Of a stretch of 64,000 nt of DNA, positions 12,176-24,677 are shown piece by piece (position 1 is the stretch's first letter; each line of letters begins with the position of its first letter). Origin of the DNA: Camelus dromedarius (lineage: Eukaryota); NCBI RefSeq assembly GCF_036321535.1, contig NC_087437.1, forward strand, positions 107,014,001 to 107,078,000, read 5' to 3'. A program made the position numbers and the translations under genes. The notes below the pieces were generated by a model that was not told the DNA's origin, searched no databases, and saw nothing but the letters and a program-made list of their open reading frames with translations.

Positions 12176-13354
12176 AGCTAGACCTTGGATAAATCAATGT
12201 TCATTACACCAGCAGGCGTCGCTGTTGTAACAGTCCAGCCAGTGGGGGAAACACAAATGGATTTCTTCTCGACATTGAACGATTGCTTGCCTGTTTTCTA
12301 AAAAGAAAGCAGCATACCTACCTCTTGCTTTTTTATTATTATTATTTTCTGAGTCATTGACTTCCATGCGAATGATTTTGACTGTTCATAAATCAGATGG
12401 AAACGAATGATTTGTTTTAACTGCATCAGTTATAATTCAGTATTGGGCGACTGGAGCTTTTTCTGATTTTATTTTGTGGAATTTAGAGTCAGAGTTAAAT
12501 GACTCTTAGGGATGACTAAATTAAAAGAAATTACGACTGTCTCATCTCCATGGATAATTAAGCCATCTATATGAGGCGCTTCTAATTTTGAATTAATTAA
12601 TTTAACGCTTTCTTTGTAAACTGTGTTGATGCTTGGCAACAACTTAGGAGTAACTAAAATGACAGATCAAAAAATCTAATTCTTCGTTTTGATGACAGTG
12701 CCAGACGTTTCATTTCAATTTTGGTGCAAAGCTTGATTTCTTACACTTAGTTGAATATATTTCAAAAGTAATTCCTCATCTATAAGTATTACATGGGACC
12801 ATCCTCGTTCTTCTAGGAACCATATAAAATTTCCTAACTCCTTAATATTTCCAGAATTTTAGCACCAAAAAAAAAAAAAGGGTCATTTGAAACTGAAGTC
12901 AAACGGTAAGATAGAATTCAAGTGAGTCCTACACATCTGTTCTCTCTTTTAGCAGAATTCTCTCAGGTATCACTCTGATAAGCCCAAAGTTACGATATGA
13001 CTTTTGAAATGTCTGGCAGCATCACTCAGTGTTACTTGATTCGCAGAGCTGTTCTGCAGTTTTTGGTTGGTTTTTCTTGTTTGTTTGTTTTAGAGAAGAA
13101 TATGATAAAGAGAGCAAATTTGCTCCTAGCTTGATATAGAGTCTTTGAAAAATTGCTAAATGTCTTACAGACTGCTTTGTTGGCAAGTGTGGGATAACCA
13201 TATTGACTCGTGTGTCTCGGAGAACTCTACAGAGAACAAAATTAGTCAACTGGAGTGAAAATGCTTGAAAAATATATAAATACTACAAAGCATTGTTTAA
13301 AAATATATGTGTGATTTTTGCACTCTGCACCCCTCAGCCAAATTGCTAGGGTGG

Positions 13355-13660
13355 TCTTATGTTTTGAATTGCAACCCCTAAAAAAAGATGTGTTGAAGTT
13401 CCAGCCGCGTACTTGTGAATATGACTTTATTTGGAAATAGGGCCTTTGCAGACATAAACAAATTAACGCAGGATGGGTCCTCACCCAGTATGACTGATGT
13501 CTTCTGAAAAAGAGGGAAGATGGCTGCAAAGACAGGCATACAGGGTAGAGAGAACGCCGTGTGATGACAGAGGCAGAGATTGGAGTGATGGAGCTGTAAG
13601 CCAGGACAGCCCGCAGCAGAAGCCAGGAAGAGGCAGGACAGGATTCTAACCATGATTCCT
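13355..13660 (+). mobile_element. MLT1C-like MaLR LTR (3' truncated)
   Basis: gtgaatatgactttatttggaaatagggcctttgcaga...gaggcagagattggagtgatg...agaagccaggaagaggca. Confidence 0.8.
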
Positions 13661-14083
13661 ATGGAGCCAATAACTTGGGGTCTGACCAATGTGGGTTTAG
13701 GCCTTTAGAGAGGTTCACCAGGTAATTCCGAGGAAGCAGTGCAAACATCTGATTTAAAAGCCAAAAAAAATGCAGTGAATTAAAGATCCAAGTGTCCTGC
13801 CCCCCACCCTCAAGTTATTATGATAATGGGCTGGCTGCTGGAATTAGTATTAGAGTTGGATGTTTTACAAAGCCTTGTTGGGGGGCTAAAAGTTTGAAAA
13901 AACCAAGCAATGCATCTGCTTACTCCCCAACACAAACTTCATCTTACTTTCCTGTTAGGTACCTGTGGCCCTTTGACTCCCCAGGAAGCTGGGTCACTCT
14001 CCCGTCTCAGACTCAAGGTGCAGGGCAGATGAAAGAGGTTGGAAGCCCTGGGACCAGTCCCCATGTGGTCACCATCAAGAGAC

Positions 14084-14115
14084 TGCAGTAACACTTGCCA
14101 GCACTAGATGGCGCC
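14084..14115 (+). promoter_or_regulatory. Candidate CTCF binding site with upstream motif
   Basis: Core GCACTAGATGGCGCC (14101-14115) preceded by TGCAGT (14084-14089) with an 11-nt gap, in non-repeat sequence. Confidence 0.55.
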
Positions 14116-16069
14116 ATGGCAGAGCATGCGGATGTCCCAGTCTCCAATGAGCACCACCCACCCTGTGTTGAGGAGCTGCAGAGCTCTCCATCATCTGTGT
14201 GCACTTCTTGCCGTCAGTGGCCTGCACCTTGCCCAAAGAGCAGAACGGATGTCCATTTGGGTCTGGGACGTGTCCAGCCCTAGACAGAGCTCATAGTCCC
14301 AAGAGAATTCATAATCCTGCAGAAGCAGTTTTAGGCAACAACGCCTGGATGGTGTGTTGATGCGGTAGAAAAGAAAGCCCCAACCCCTGTGCTTAGTCAC
14401 TTCATGAAGTCCCACCACCCCTTCCCAGCTCAGACAGTGATGTTACTCCCTCTGCCCACTCCCCCATCCCATACATCCAAGAGAACCTTCCCCCGGAGTC
14501 CTTTTAGGGGGCCTGCTGCCTTTTCTGAGGATGCTTTTGATAGCCTATTTGGTTAGATTTCATCAGGAGGCACGCAGTGTGATTTGCTCCAGCTCACAAA
14601 ACGTGGCTTCTGCACCCCCCAGCCTGCCCAGTGTTGCTGGGAACATGCGTGTGGTACGCTGGGATACTCATGACCCTTCTTGTGACTTAGTCCTGTCACA
14701 TTATCAAAGCCTAGTGCTGGGTTTCATGGAAGAAGCCGACATCTTTCACCTGAATTGATCATTTACTTGCACAGGCAAGAGACTAGGTCAGCTACTACCT
14801 GTGCTTTAAGCACATTCAAGGTACAGTATCATTTGTCTTCATAGAATCAGCATCAATTCAGCTGGAATTAGTCCTTTTTAAAGAACTTCGGTTTGGAAGA
14901 CGTTTTCCTATTTGTGTTAAATATAGCATCTTTCCTTTAAAAGGTAGTCTTCAAAAAAATAGAATAATTAAGGTTGGTTTGGATTATTATAATTGTGAAA
15001 ATTTAGGTATAAGGAGACACATGAATTCGGTTCCTTATAACTTGAGTGCCAGGTTTGTTATTTTGTTTACAGTTCCTTCATTTTACAAATCTATCTGTTT
15101 CCACATTTAGGTTTAATAAATCTACCAGTTGGTTCATTAAATAGTCTAGAATTACTTGCAGTTTGACCATTAAGACCTGTTTAAAATGCAGCTCATGTTT
15201 TAGGGAAATAGGGAAGTACACTCTAGCATAGCTTACAGAATTTTGCTTAAAATTCGTGTTTTTAAGACATGATATCCTCTTTTATTTCAGCTTGAGATTC
15301 CTTCCCAAAACAGTAAAAATGCCTGCATAAAAATAAAATATTACTAACAGATTTAGTATTAGCTGATTCTGGGTTAAATGCGCCACCTCGTGGTTATATT
15401 AGGAAGCTGATATTCTAACTTGTAGTATTTTGGGGTTTTGGTTTTTTTTTTTTCTTTTGAGGAGAAGTCCACCCCCCACTTCTCATCTAATTCCCAGGAA
15501 CTTATTTCTCCTTTTGCTACAAAAATTTCAGCAGTACATTTTTTTGGGCCATATCAAATTTTAGCTAATATTATTGTCTTCAAAATTATGTTTCCTCTAT
15601 CTGCTTTTTTGTTTTCTATCTTAATAAAATAGCTTCTGAGAACGAAGTGAGTCACAGTGGTCTCCCCTGGCTTAAGGAGAGGAGGATGCGGTTTGCTCGT
15701 ATTTATGCATCTTGCTGTCTGTTCCTGTCTCATGCACGACTTAGAAGGAAGAACTGAACCTCCAAGCCTCTCTCCAGTTTTCTTTACTGGGAGGCCTGGG
15801 GAAGCCGGTGCCCAGTTCCCTGTGTGGGGAAGGACATTCCTGCAGCCCAGTTTACCACCTTCAACACGGGAAAAGAAAGAAATATTTTGGCTAAGTTTAT
15901 TTACTTAGCAAAAGATTAAATTATATTAAATTATAATTATCAAGTTAATAATAAATGGCATTTTAAAAGTGATGAGTAACATAATGTGTTTATAGAACAT
16001 CAGACTGAGAAAAATATGATCGGCAGTTGGGTTGGGAGATTTAGATGAACTATGATGAAGATGAAAATA

Positions 16070-16315
16070 TAACATTTTTGGAGACTTAACCCTGTGCTCA
16101 GTGATTTAAGAGCTTTTCAAGGATAAGCTCTTCTAATAATCACAGTCCTCTGAGATGGGACAAATTTTGTCCTTGGTGAACAAGTGAGGACGCTGAGGCA
16201 CGGGGTGGGTGTAAAACTTGCCCAGTGTCACCCAGCCGGGAAGTGGTGGAGTCGGGATTTGAAGCCCCGTCTGTCAGCCATCAGCCTCCGTGCCCTTCAT
16301 TTCAACGCCATCCTA
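16070..16315 (-). mobile_element. MIR SINE
   Basis: gaggacgctgaggcacggggtgggtgtaaaacttgcccagtgtcacccagc...gggatttgaagccc. Confidence 0.75.
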
Positions 16316-16912
16316 GATTTTGTGGTAACAGCAGAAAATCCATTTGGCTCCAAACTGCTATCAACTCAGCAAACATTGGTGAATGCTGGCCAAGTATCCG
16401 GCCCCCCGGAAGAGCACCAAGGGCACAGAGTGGATGGCCAGTCCCAGCCGTCAGGCCTCTGGTGAGAAACTTCCAGCCCCAGAGCTTTCTCCCACCCAGC
16501 AGTTCCAACAAATGGTGTCTAGACACCACATACCATCCGGCCACAGCCTTGCCAGCAATGAGGTCACACAACGCAGCCAGTCGCCAGCACGGAGGCTGTG
16601 CTGGCGGCATCTCAGGCCTGCTAATTGGGACAGGTGCAGAGGGTGATGACAGCAGGCCACCCACGGAGCTCTGGCACGGACAGCGAAGGCGTGGGGGCCA
16701 GAGGAAGAAACAAGACGAAGCCCGGACTGCAGCCTAGGCAGTGACGGCTCTCCAACCAAAACATGTGATGAGGGACCATCCCGGGATATACCAACTAGAA
16801 AAAGCTGGTCGTTTTCAGAATGAGAATTCCCTAATCTCTAAACCAAACAGCAGAGCCTCAGGAAACACATGCATATACACAGCCACAAACCTGCCAAAAC
16901 AGAAAGATAATT

Positions 16913-16949
16913 CACACACACACACACACACACATACACACACACACAC
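16913..16949. repeat. (CA)n microsatellite, one interruption
   Basis: Direct read. Confidence 0.95.
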
Positions 16950-18056
16950 TAATCACGGTAGAAGCTGTGGCTCTCTTGACAGGGTAGATGGAGATGCTGT
17001 TTCCGGGAAGGCTATTTTGATAGTGGCATTTCAAATGGATAGACAAGTATAAGGGATAGAAATATTAAAAAGTACCATCTCAATTGCCGATTAAGAGCTG
17101 GCTAGAAGACAACCATGAAAAGATTAAAGAGAAAGTAGTGGGTTTGGCTGCTCACTCAGTGAAGCAAATAAAGAAAGAAGCTTGACCTTCCTGAGTTCTG
17201 AAGGTAGGACCTCATTAGCAGAGTTTATCTAACATTGTAAGCATGGGCAGGAATGTTCTAGAACACCGAGAGGAATGAGAGGAAGTCACTTGATGCCAGG
17301 AATTTAGAGTAGATTGGAACAGGACAAATATTGAGAAGTTGAGAAACAGCCAAAGTTTTACTGGAGAGAAGTCTATTTTTATGTGAACTAGCGGATGTTA
17401 ATTTGCTTTGAAATGTATGATAGCTGATAACAAATTTAAATCCTGTAATTGCATGTAACATGCATTTCTGGTATGATCTGCTGTGATTTGAGTGGGACTT
17501 GAAGGAATAAAAGACAGAGTAACATGTCTTAATGAGATGCTAAATATGAAAATTATATGTTTTATATCATAGAACTTTTTTTTTGTTAGGGGCCAATAAC
17601 ATTTGCTTACTTAATTTAGGTAATTGCAATTAAACCATGAGTTGAGCATCAGATACCCATTCATTTTCTTCTGCATCAGAAGTTATCAGTAAACTGGAGA
17701 TACTTAGGACATTTTAATAAGTCATCTTTCTTTATCTCAAAAGCTTGTACTTTGCAATGTATTTGTTATCATAAAATACCTGAAAACTGCTCTGTCTCAT
17801 TTGGATGTTGCAAGAATAAAATTAAGATAATATTCATGTAGTCTTTCGAGACCCTTGTTACAGAGATTTTAGATAAATATTTTATTGCAATTAGAAGAAG
17901 CTAAAGCAATCTGCTAAAAACACCACAAAATTTATTAATTGTGGAGATTTGAAAGCTACTTGGTTTCTATTATAAATGTAATACTTAAGCACACAAAAGT
18001 CAGAGACAAATTAAAAGTTAAACTTAATTGCTAGTTTTTGTATTTGTGTCTGTGTT

Positions 18057-18246
18057 TGTGTTAGGATGAATAATGCCCTGCATAGATATCCAGGTCCTAA
18101 TCTCTGTCAATGTTACCTTATATGGAAAAGGGGATTTTGCAGTTGTGATTAAATCAAAGATTTTGAGATGAGAAAATTAGACTGGATTATCTGGGTAGAC
18201 CCAATGTACTCATAATAGTCCTTGTATTCAAGATGTGTGTATGTAT

Positions 18247-18279
<33 letters not shown>

Positions 18280-19020
18280 GAGTATATATTTATAGTTATT
18301 TTATATTTATGTGATAAATATATGTGTGTGTGTGTGTGTGTATAAAATAAAGAATTGGCTCATGTGATTAAAGAGGCAGAGAAGTCTAGACCCGGAAGAG
18401 CTGTTCTAGTCCTAATCCAAAGGCCTGAGAACCTGGAAAGCTGATGGTGTAAGTTCCAGTCCAAGTCTAAGTCCAGAGTCAGAAGAAGATGTCCTAGCTT
18501 GAAGAGAGACAGAGAGAGAAAATTCTTTCTTAGACTTTTATTCTATTCAGGCCTTCAATTGATTGGATGAGGCCCACTGATTTTGGGGAAGGAACTCCAC
18601 TTTATTAAGTCTACTGAGTCAAATGTTAATCTCATTCAGAAATACCCCTAGAGACACACCCAGAGATCATGTTTAACCACATATCTGAGCACCCTGTGCC
18701 CCAGTCAAGTTGACACATAAAATTAACCATCTCAGTCCTTATAAAAGGGAGGCAGGAAGATGAGAGTCAGTAGCAGATGTGATGATGGAAGCAAGAGATT
18801 GAGGGATGTTAGGAAAGACACATGAGCCAAGGAAAGCAGGCTGCTCCCAGACGCTGAAAAAGACTGGGAGATGGGGTCTCCCTAAAGCCGCAGGAGGAAC
18901 CAGCCATCCCAGCCCCTTGTGAGACTGATTCTGGATTCTGGTCTCCAGAAGTGTAAGATATTAAATTTGTATGGTTTTAAGGCAGTAAATACTGGCAGTT
19001 TGTTACATAGGAAACTAAAG
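18057..19020 (+). mobile_element. MLT1D-like MaLR LTR, split by an MLT2 LTR
   Basis: 5' half tgtgttaggatgaataatgccc...gattttgagatgag; 3' half tataaaagggaggcaggaag...ttgttacataggaaactaa. Confidence 0.8.
18223..18734 (-). mobile_element. MLT2-family ERVL solo LTR nested in MLT1D
   Basis: Ends gtcaagttgacacataaaattaaccatctca (reverse complement of the MLT2 start); perfect 5-bp TSD GTCCT (18218-18222 / 18735-18739). Confidence 0.85.
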
Positions 19021-19839
19021 TTGTGGTTGTATACGATATACACAATATACATAAATACATTAATTATATTTATTATATATAATTATATATAAAATTTCTG
19101 TTTTTAAGACACAAATACCATGGTGTGGTCTCCATTAAACAAACAAAAAAAAAATCAAAAGGAAAACAAAACAAAAGAAAACGAGGGGCAGCTCTCCTCC
19201 TTAAGGGCATTATTATTTGTTGAAACTTCCATCATTAATATTCTGTAGAAACCAGCTGGAAATGCTCCTTATTGGGGAAAAAAGGGGCTTACCTATTCGG
19301 GGTAACATATTGCTGTAAAAGAACCCAGACGCAGTTACTCAAATCGCAGCTGCAAAAAAAGGGCTGCAACTATTGAACGTAAAGTGACCTTAGCCCCGGG
19401 GTCCCTGGCCCCGGGCGTAAAGCACCAAGACGAGGCAGCTCTCAAGATGAATTGCAGGTTGAAAAAGTTTGACTTTAGGTTCCTCCCGGACGCTTTCCCT
19501 CTGTACGCTGTCAGAGAAGGAGGCTAGGAAGGTCTGGTTCTAGTATCCAACTCTTATTCCAGTGAAAGAATATGGTGTCAGAGTTACATCTTGACTAGTT
19601 GGTAATAATGGGTTATATTATTATCACCCAGAGAATAGATTAGGGTTTAATTTGAATTTTTAGGTCCCCTTAATTTTGGAGTAATTTTCAGGCTATTGTT
19701 AGCAACAGGGAGAAGAAGGCTGGGGGCTGTCACGTGACCGCGCGTTAAGACCAGTCCTGAAGTCCAGTACATCATCAAGTTGCCTTGAGTGGGTTACTAA
19801 GAAGACGTAAAATGTCCTGAAGACTGGTAGCAGTCTCTA

Positions 19840-20028
19840 CAGTGCGCGCTCATACAGGCCAGCAAGACCGGATTGATAAATACCCAAGAAATTTTGGAAC
19901 TGGTTGCTAAACCATTGGCAGCTCACAAATGGACAGAAAGAGGGTATTTGCACCTTAGAAACTGGCAAAAGCTACAGTCAGGGCTTTTGTCCCCTTCTCC
20001 TGGGGAGCTGTTTACCTGATCATTACTG
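19840..20028 (+). mobile_element. MER63A-like hAT MITE
   Basis: cagtg...actg termini; internal gaaattttggaactggttgctaaaccattggcagc...aaaagctacagtcagggctttt. Confidence 0.7.
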
Positions 20029-20154
20029 TATATTTCCTTTCTTTTCTTAAAAATCATCTTTCTGTTGTCCTTGAGCAGTGAGACTCTTCAGTCTCAGACT
20101 TCGGGTGTCCTCCCACTGTGGCTTCTTTTCTGACCACTGCTATGTCCTCTGGCC

Positions 20155-20355
20155 CAGGGCTGACTGACCCCGTAGGCAGAAGAGACACAGTGCCAGGACC
20201 CATGATGCTTTCAGGGTTATAATGAAATCAGCCTGGATTGTATCTGTTTATATACTAACATAGTCACCAAATGAAGTTTCTGATATTCTTTTACGGAGAA
20301 AAGGGACCACCAAGACAAAAGCTCCTAGGACTCAAAATGTCATTATGCAGCCCTG
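20155..20355. mobile_element. hAT-Tip100-like MITE
   Basis: Terminal inverted repeats CAGGGCTG...CAGCCCTG; internal acacagtgccaggacccatgatgctttcaggg; TSD not readable. Confidence 0.55.
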
Positions 20356-21047
20356 CCCCCAGGTCCTCTTCAGCCTCATGGCCAAGAGTTGACATGGACA
20401 TCAACCTGTTCTTTCCGCCGCCCTCTCTTATAAATGATCACCCATATGGTACCATGAGTGTGGGCAGGACCACTTCAGATGGGCATGCATCACCCCACCC
20501 CACATTTGCACGTCTCTCTCCCTGAGTATGTCTGTTTTTGACTCAAATAGACTCACTATCTTGGATTGTGATTCTTTCAAAAGAATGTCAAGAGCAAGAA
20601 AACCAATATTCAGATTCCAATGAATAGAACGCCTGCTGCCTTTGTCTTATATTTCAGATCCATGCTCAGCTTTTTTGCTAAGCTTGCAATCATTCAAGGC
20701 AATAGTAAGAGAAATTCTCCTGCTTCCTTTGACATTTTCTGGTTTATTCATATATAAATTCCCACAAGATTTACATTTTTTTTAAAAATAGAATTCTCTC
20801 TTTACTGAAGTCTTGCTAGTTGAATATTTATTAGGGGAGCCAATTAGAGCTGATAACTTCATGGTGAGCCCTGAAGGATATTGTAGAATCCCTGTTTCTC
20901 AGTAATATCTAGCCGACAGGACTAAATAAAGCCCTTGAAACAGCCCCGTAAGAATCAGTCGTTCTGGTCAGTCTTTTTATCTCTATTCAAATCCTTTCTT
21001 CTCTCTCCTGGCCCATTACCCTTCATTCTCCCATCCCTTTATCCCAT

Positions 21048-21160
21048 ACAGGGATCACATCCCAAATTTTAATGTGCAAGGAATCACCAAAGGAGCTTAT
21101 TTAAAATGCAGATATTAATGCCCCACCTCCAAGGATTCCAGTTCAATTGGCTTAGGCTGG
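21048..21160. mobile_element. MER5A-like hAT-Charlie fragment
   Basis: ggaatcaccaaaggagcttatttaaaatgcagat...ccccacctccaaggattc. Confidence 0.65.
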
Positions 21161-21627
21161 AGGCTCTGACTCCACCCTGTCTACCCTCCAGTTTTCTCTT
21201 GTTTCTGGAGAAAAAAACAACTGGTTACTTCAGTCAAAGATACTATAACTGACTCTCTACAGAAATATAAATATACATACATGATCATGAATATGATTTT
21301 CTCTTTTTTATTAAGAAAGTTATTACCATTTATCAAGATGGTAAATTGAACGTAGTATGTACTTGGTTTAGTTTAACCTACTGATTGATTAGTTACATTT
21401 TTAAAAGGTACAGTCAAATGCTTCAAGTATATATTTAGAAATTTTCGTATGCCTAACCTATGCAAAGGTATATAAAAAAATCTTTTACTACAAATTGTTA
21501 AATGAGTAATGTAAAGGAGTAAAATTAACATTTGCATCTTTTTTTCTGTAGCATGCCCAAGTTATTTTACGCCCACACTGGCAGAGGTTCCTTATGTCCC
21601 TCAAATATTCTGTTAATACTCATTTTT

Positions 21628-21903
21628 TTCATTTTTTATTGATTTATAATCATTTTACAATGTTGTGTCAAATTCCAGTGTTCAGCACAATTTTTCAGTT
21701 ATTCATGGACATACACACACTCATTGTCACATTTTTTTCTCTGTGAGTTATCATAACATTTTGTGTATATTTCCCTGTGCTATACAGTGTAGTCTGTTCT
21801 ACAATTTTGAAATCCCAGTCTATCCCTTCCCACCCTCCACCCCCCCAGTAACCACAAGTCTGGTGGTCTTAAGAAATAGACTCACAGACAGAGAATACAG
21901 ACT
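21628..21903 (-). mobile_element. Young 5'-truncated L1 3' end with 5' inversion
   Basis: 17-bp perfect TSD tgttaatactcattttt (21611-21627 / 21904-21920); antisense L1 3' UTR 21628-21862, then a sense piece 21863-21903 (atagactcacagacagagaatacagact). Confidence 0.85.
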
Positions 21904-22347
21904 TGTTAATACTCATTTTTAAGTGCAAGGGTGGTGCAGTAAGTGTCTATGAAAATGCTTTGTTTTTAGGATTCTTGATTTATAAACCCCTTTTAATTAA
22001 AAAAATTTTTCTTTTCAAAAGCATTTTAATCAAGGATGATGCTACATATTTAAAATTTTGTATTTTTTCATCTGTGCCCAGCACAACTTCTGCCTTTCTT
22101 TCAAATATGATTCAGTTGGCAAAAATATTAACTTCTTGGTAATTTGAGGGTGTTCTAATTAGCAACTCTATAACCTATAAAAATAAACCTTAAAAGAAAA
22201 TTTATTAAACTAGTGTTAACACATTAAAAATGTTTGCTCATAAAAATATTAACAGCCTGATAAACTACTTTTCCAAACAGCTCCTTTCTAACTTTTATTC
22301 CCTTTTATTTTTATTCATGAGGAATCTAGGCAGGGTTTGGGGGTACT

Positions 22348-22722
22348 GCATTAGTCTGCCATGACAAAATACCACAGATTGGATGTGGATGACTTAAACT
22401 ATAGAAATTTATCTCATTACAATTCCGGAGGCTGGAAATCTGAGCCTAGGGTGCCAGCCTGGTTGTTCCTGGTGAGGGCTCTTTTCCTGGCTTGCAGATG
22501 GCCACCTTCTCACTATGTACTCACATGGCCTTTCCTTAGTGCACACACACAGGAATAGAAAGAAAGTCAAACTCTCTGGTGTCTCTTCTTATAAAGACAC
22601 TAACCCTATTGGATCAGGGCCCCAACCTTATGACTTTATTTACCATAACTATTTCCTTACTCCAAATATAGCTACACAGGGGATTAGAACTTCAAAATAT
22701 GAATTCTTGGGGGACAGAAACA
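22348..22722 (-). mobile_element. MLT1A/A0-like MaLR LTR
   Basis: acaaaataccacaga...ggaggctggaaatctgag...tctctggtgtctcttcttataaagacactaa...tatgaattcttggggga. Confidence 0.8.
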
Positions 22723-23669
22723 CCTGAATGGATTCAGGTTACTCTATCAACACAGAAAGCATTGAAAGCCCATTGCCTACTTCAATCTTTCATTAGCTGC
22801 AATAGCCAAGATATATCCAATACATCCAAGAGCTACAGAAGCAGTGGCAAATCTTGTGAAAACGTCAACAGGTATAGTTCTAGACTTGTCCTTAAAATTA
22901 GTGATTTATTATGCAGACTCTTCTACTGACAGAACACACTCAGAATTTCTCAGCTAGTTACCTTTTCCCCCTGCACTACCATTGCTGCAACACTCTAAAC
23001 CCAGAAGAGGAGAATGCCAAGACCGCTCACCTCTCTCAGGAGACTCGCCAAGCCCTGCAAAAGTCCCAGTAGAGACTCCCTTGAGTATCTCTAATTTAGT
23101 TTTGTTTGTTGATGGCTTAACTTCGAAAGAAAGGCTGCAGATTGCAAGGCAGGTTATGTTACAACAGATCTGAATTTACTATTGAAATGTAAGCCACTCC
23201 CAGAAATTAAATCAGTTCATAACATGAATTTAATTGTCCTTGCACAGATCTGCCAGCTAGCAAAAGGTAAAGGAGCAAATATTTGTGCTAAAAGTGAGCC
23301 TGGTTTGGGGCTAGTCTGTGACTTCAACTACTGTAGTGTTTCTTGTCTTCTACAGAAAAATCTCAGGAAGACAAAGCTTTTTTTTTTTCACATGCTTTTC
23401 TATTACTTAAGAAGATAGACATAATAATGTTGGAGTTTAGCAAAAATGCTTCAGGATATTATTTACAATAGCAAAGATAAATCGGTGGTGATGTTGACTC
23501 AACATTGATGAGGTAATTTTAAGAGTATTTCTGAAGATGTGTGCAGTGCAAGGCCTACCCCCCAGCACCATACTTCTGATAAGACTGTATAAATAAGAAA
23601 TGAAGAGGAGCTGTAAATATGTTCTGGTAATTGTTTATTCTCAGAATGGATTAAGACCTTTCCTGGAGT

Positions 23670-24677
23670 CTCTGACATAATAGATACACTCTGTCCTAAA
23701 GGATGGCACCCCATTATTCGGAGTGATTTCTCAGAACTAGAGCTTCAGCTGCACGTTTAGAAGCGAGTCCGGCCTTCCATGAGGCTAGCTGCCTCTGGAT
23801 GGTGCAGGGTGGGTGCTGGGAAGGTGGGTCGTCGTGGTCACTCCTGTGAGCTGGTTGGGAGCCACGCTGAGTGGGATTCTATTGTTGTGCACCAGGAAGC
23901 CCCCAGATAGGAATGCTAACTGAGGGTCTGCTCAGGAAAGGCAAGCCGATATCTGAATAGGTGTCTGTCCTGGTGAGGAAAAACGGCTGTTTTTGATTTA
24001 TTATCTTGGCTAGTGTTGAGGGGGGAGAGCAGTTTCGGGTTTACTTTTGGCTTTTCCCAGTATGGTAGCTTTTCCTTCACAGAGAAGAGACCCAATAAAA
24101 GAGTTACTCTGATTGCCATATATATCAATTGCAATGATGCACTCAGGCACTGGGGAAATGGCTACTCGGCGGCCCTGGATGCAGTGGGCACACTATAAGG
24201 CAGGACCCCATATATTTCAGGTCTCTGTAGGCTCCCTGCTCTAACAGGGGCAGAGCGTGATGATGCTTTGTGTCTCTGATCATCAAAGTCAACTCATAAC
24301 CTGTGTTCAATATTCCTCTAAACGTCTTCATAGTTTCCTTTGCCCAGCATCCGGCATACTGTCACCCGAGGAGATGGGCATAGGAAACTTAAGAGAATAG
24401 TTACGACACATGTTTGCCACGGTGTCCCAGGGCCCTTCTTCTTAGGACCTCACCCACTTCTTCAATCAATGAATTGTGGGAACTTTGCAAGAGGGCATTT
24501 ATTTTGCAAATTGTGATTAGCTTCCTCTTCTTCTGTTCTTGTTCCTTTGGTTCTAGATCAGAAGCACCATCTCGAGGGCTGCCTGTCTATGTTGCCCCTA
24601 GAAACACCATGATGGTTAAACTGCTCCACAGCTTTCATCAGATCACGGCCCCTGGTCTGATCACATTTGGTACCATT
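23670..24677 (-). mobile_element. ERVL-class internal fossil (HERV16/ERV3-16A3-like): PBS, protease and RT remnants, heavily deleted
   Basis: ORF 24143-24331 'TFRGILNTGYELTLMI' resembles the ERVL protease motif (TFRGLLDTGSELTLIP); PBS-like TGGTACCA at 24668-24675 next to the LTR. Confidence 0.7.

Noticed and set aside
15633..15646. 14-nt micro-exon with GTGAGT donor
   Set aside because: Purine-rich stretch before the AG, frame-shifting length, and no host gene evidence.
16225..16759. Several overlapping ORFs of 87-170 aa on both strands
   Set aside because: Expected in a locally GC-rich patch; some start inside a MIR; no recognisable protein family.
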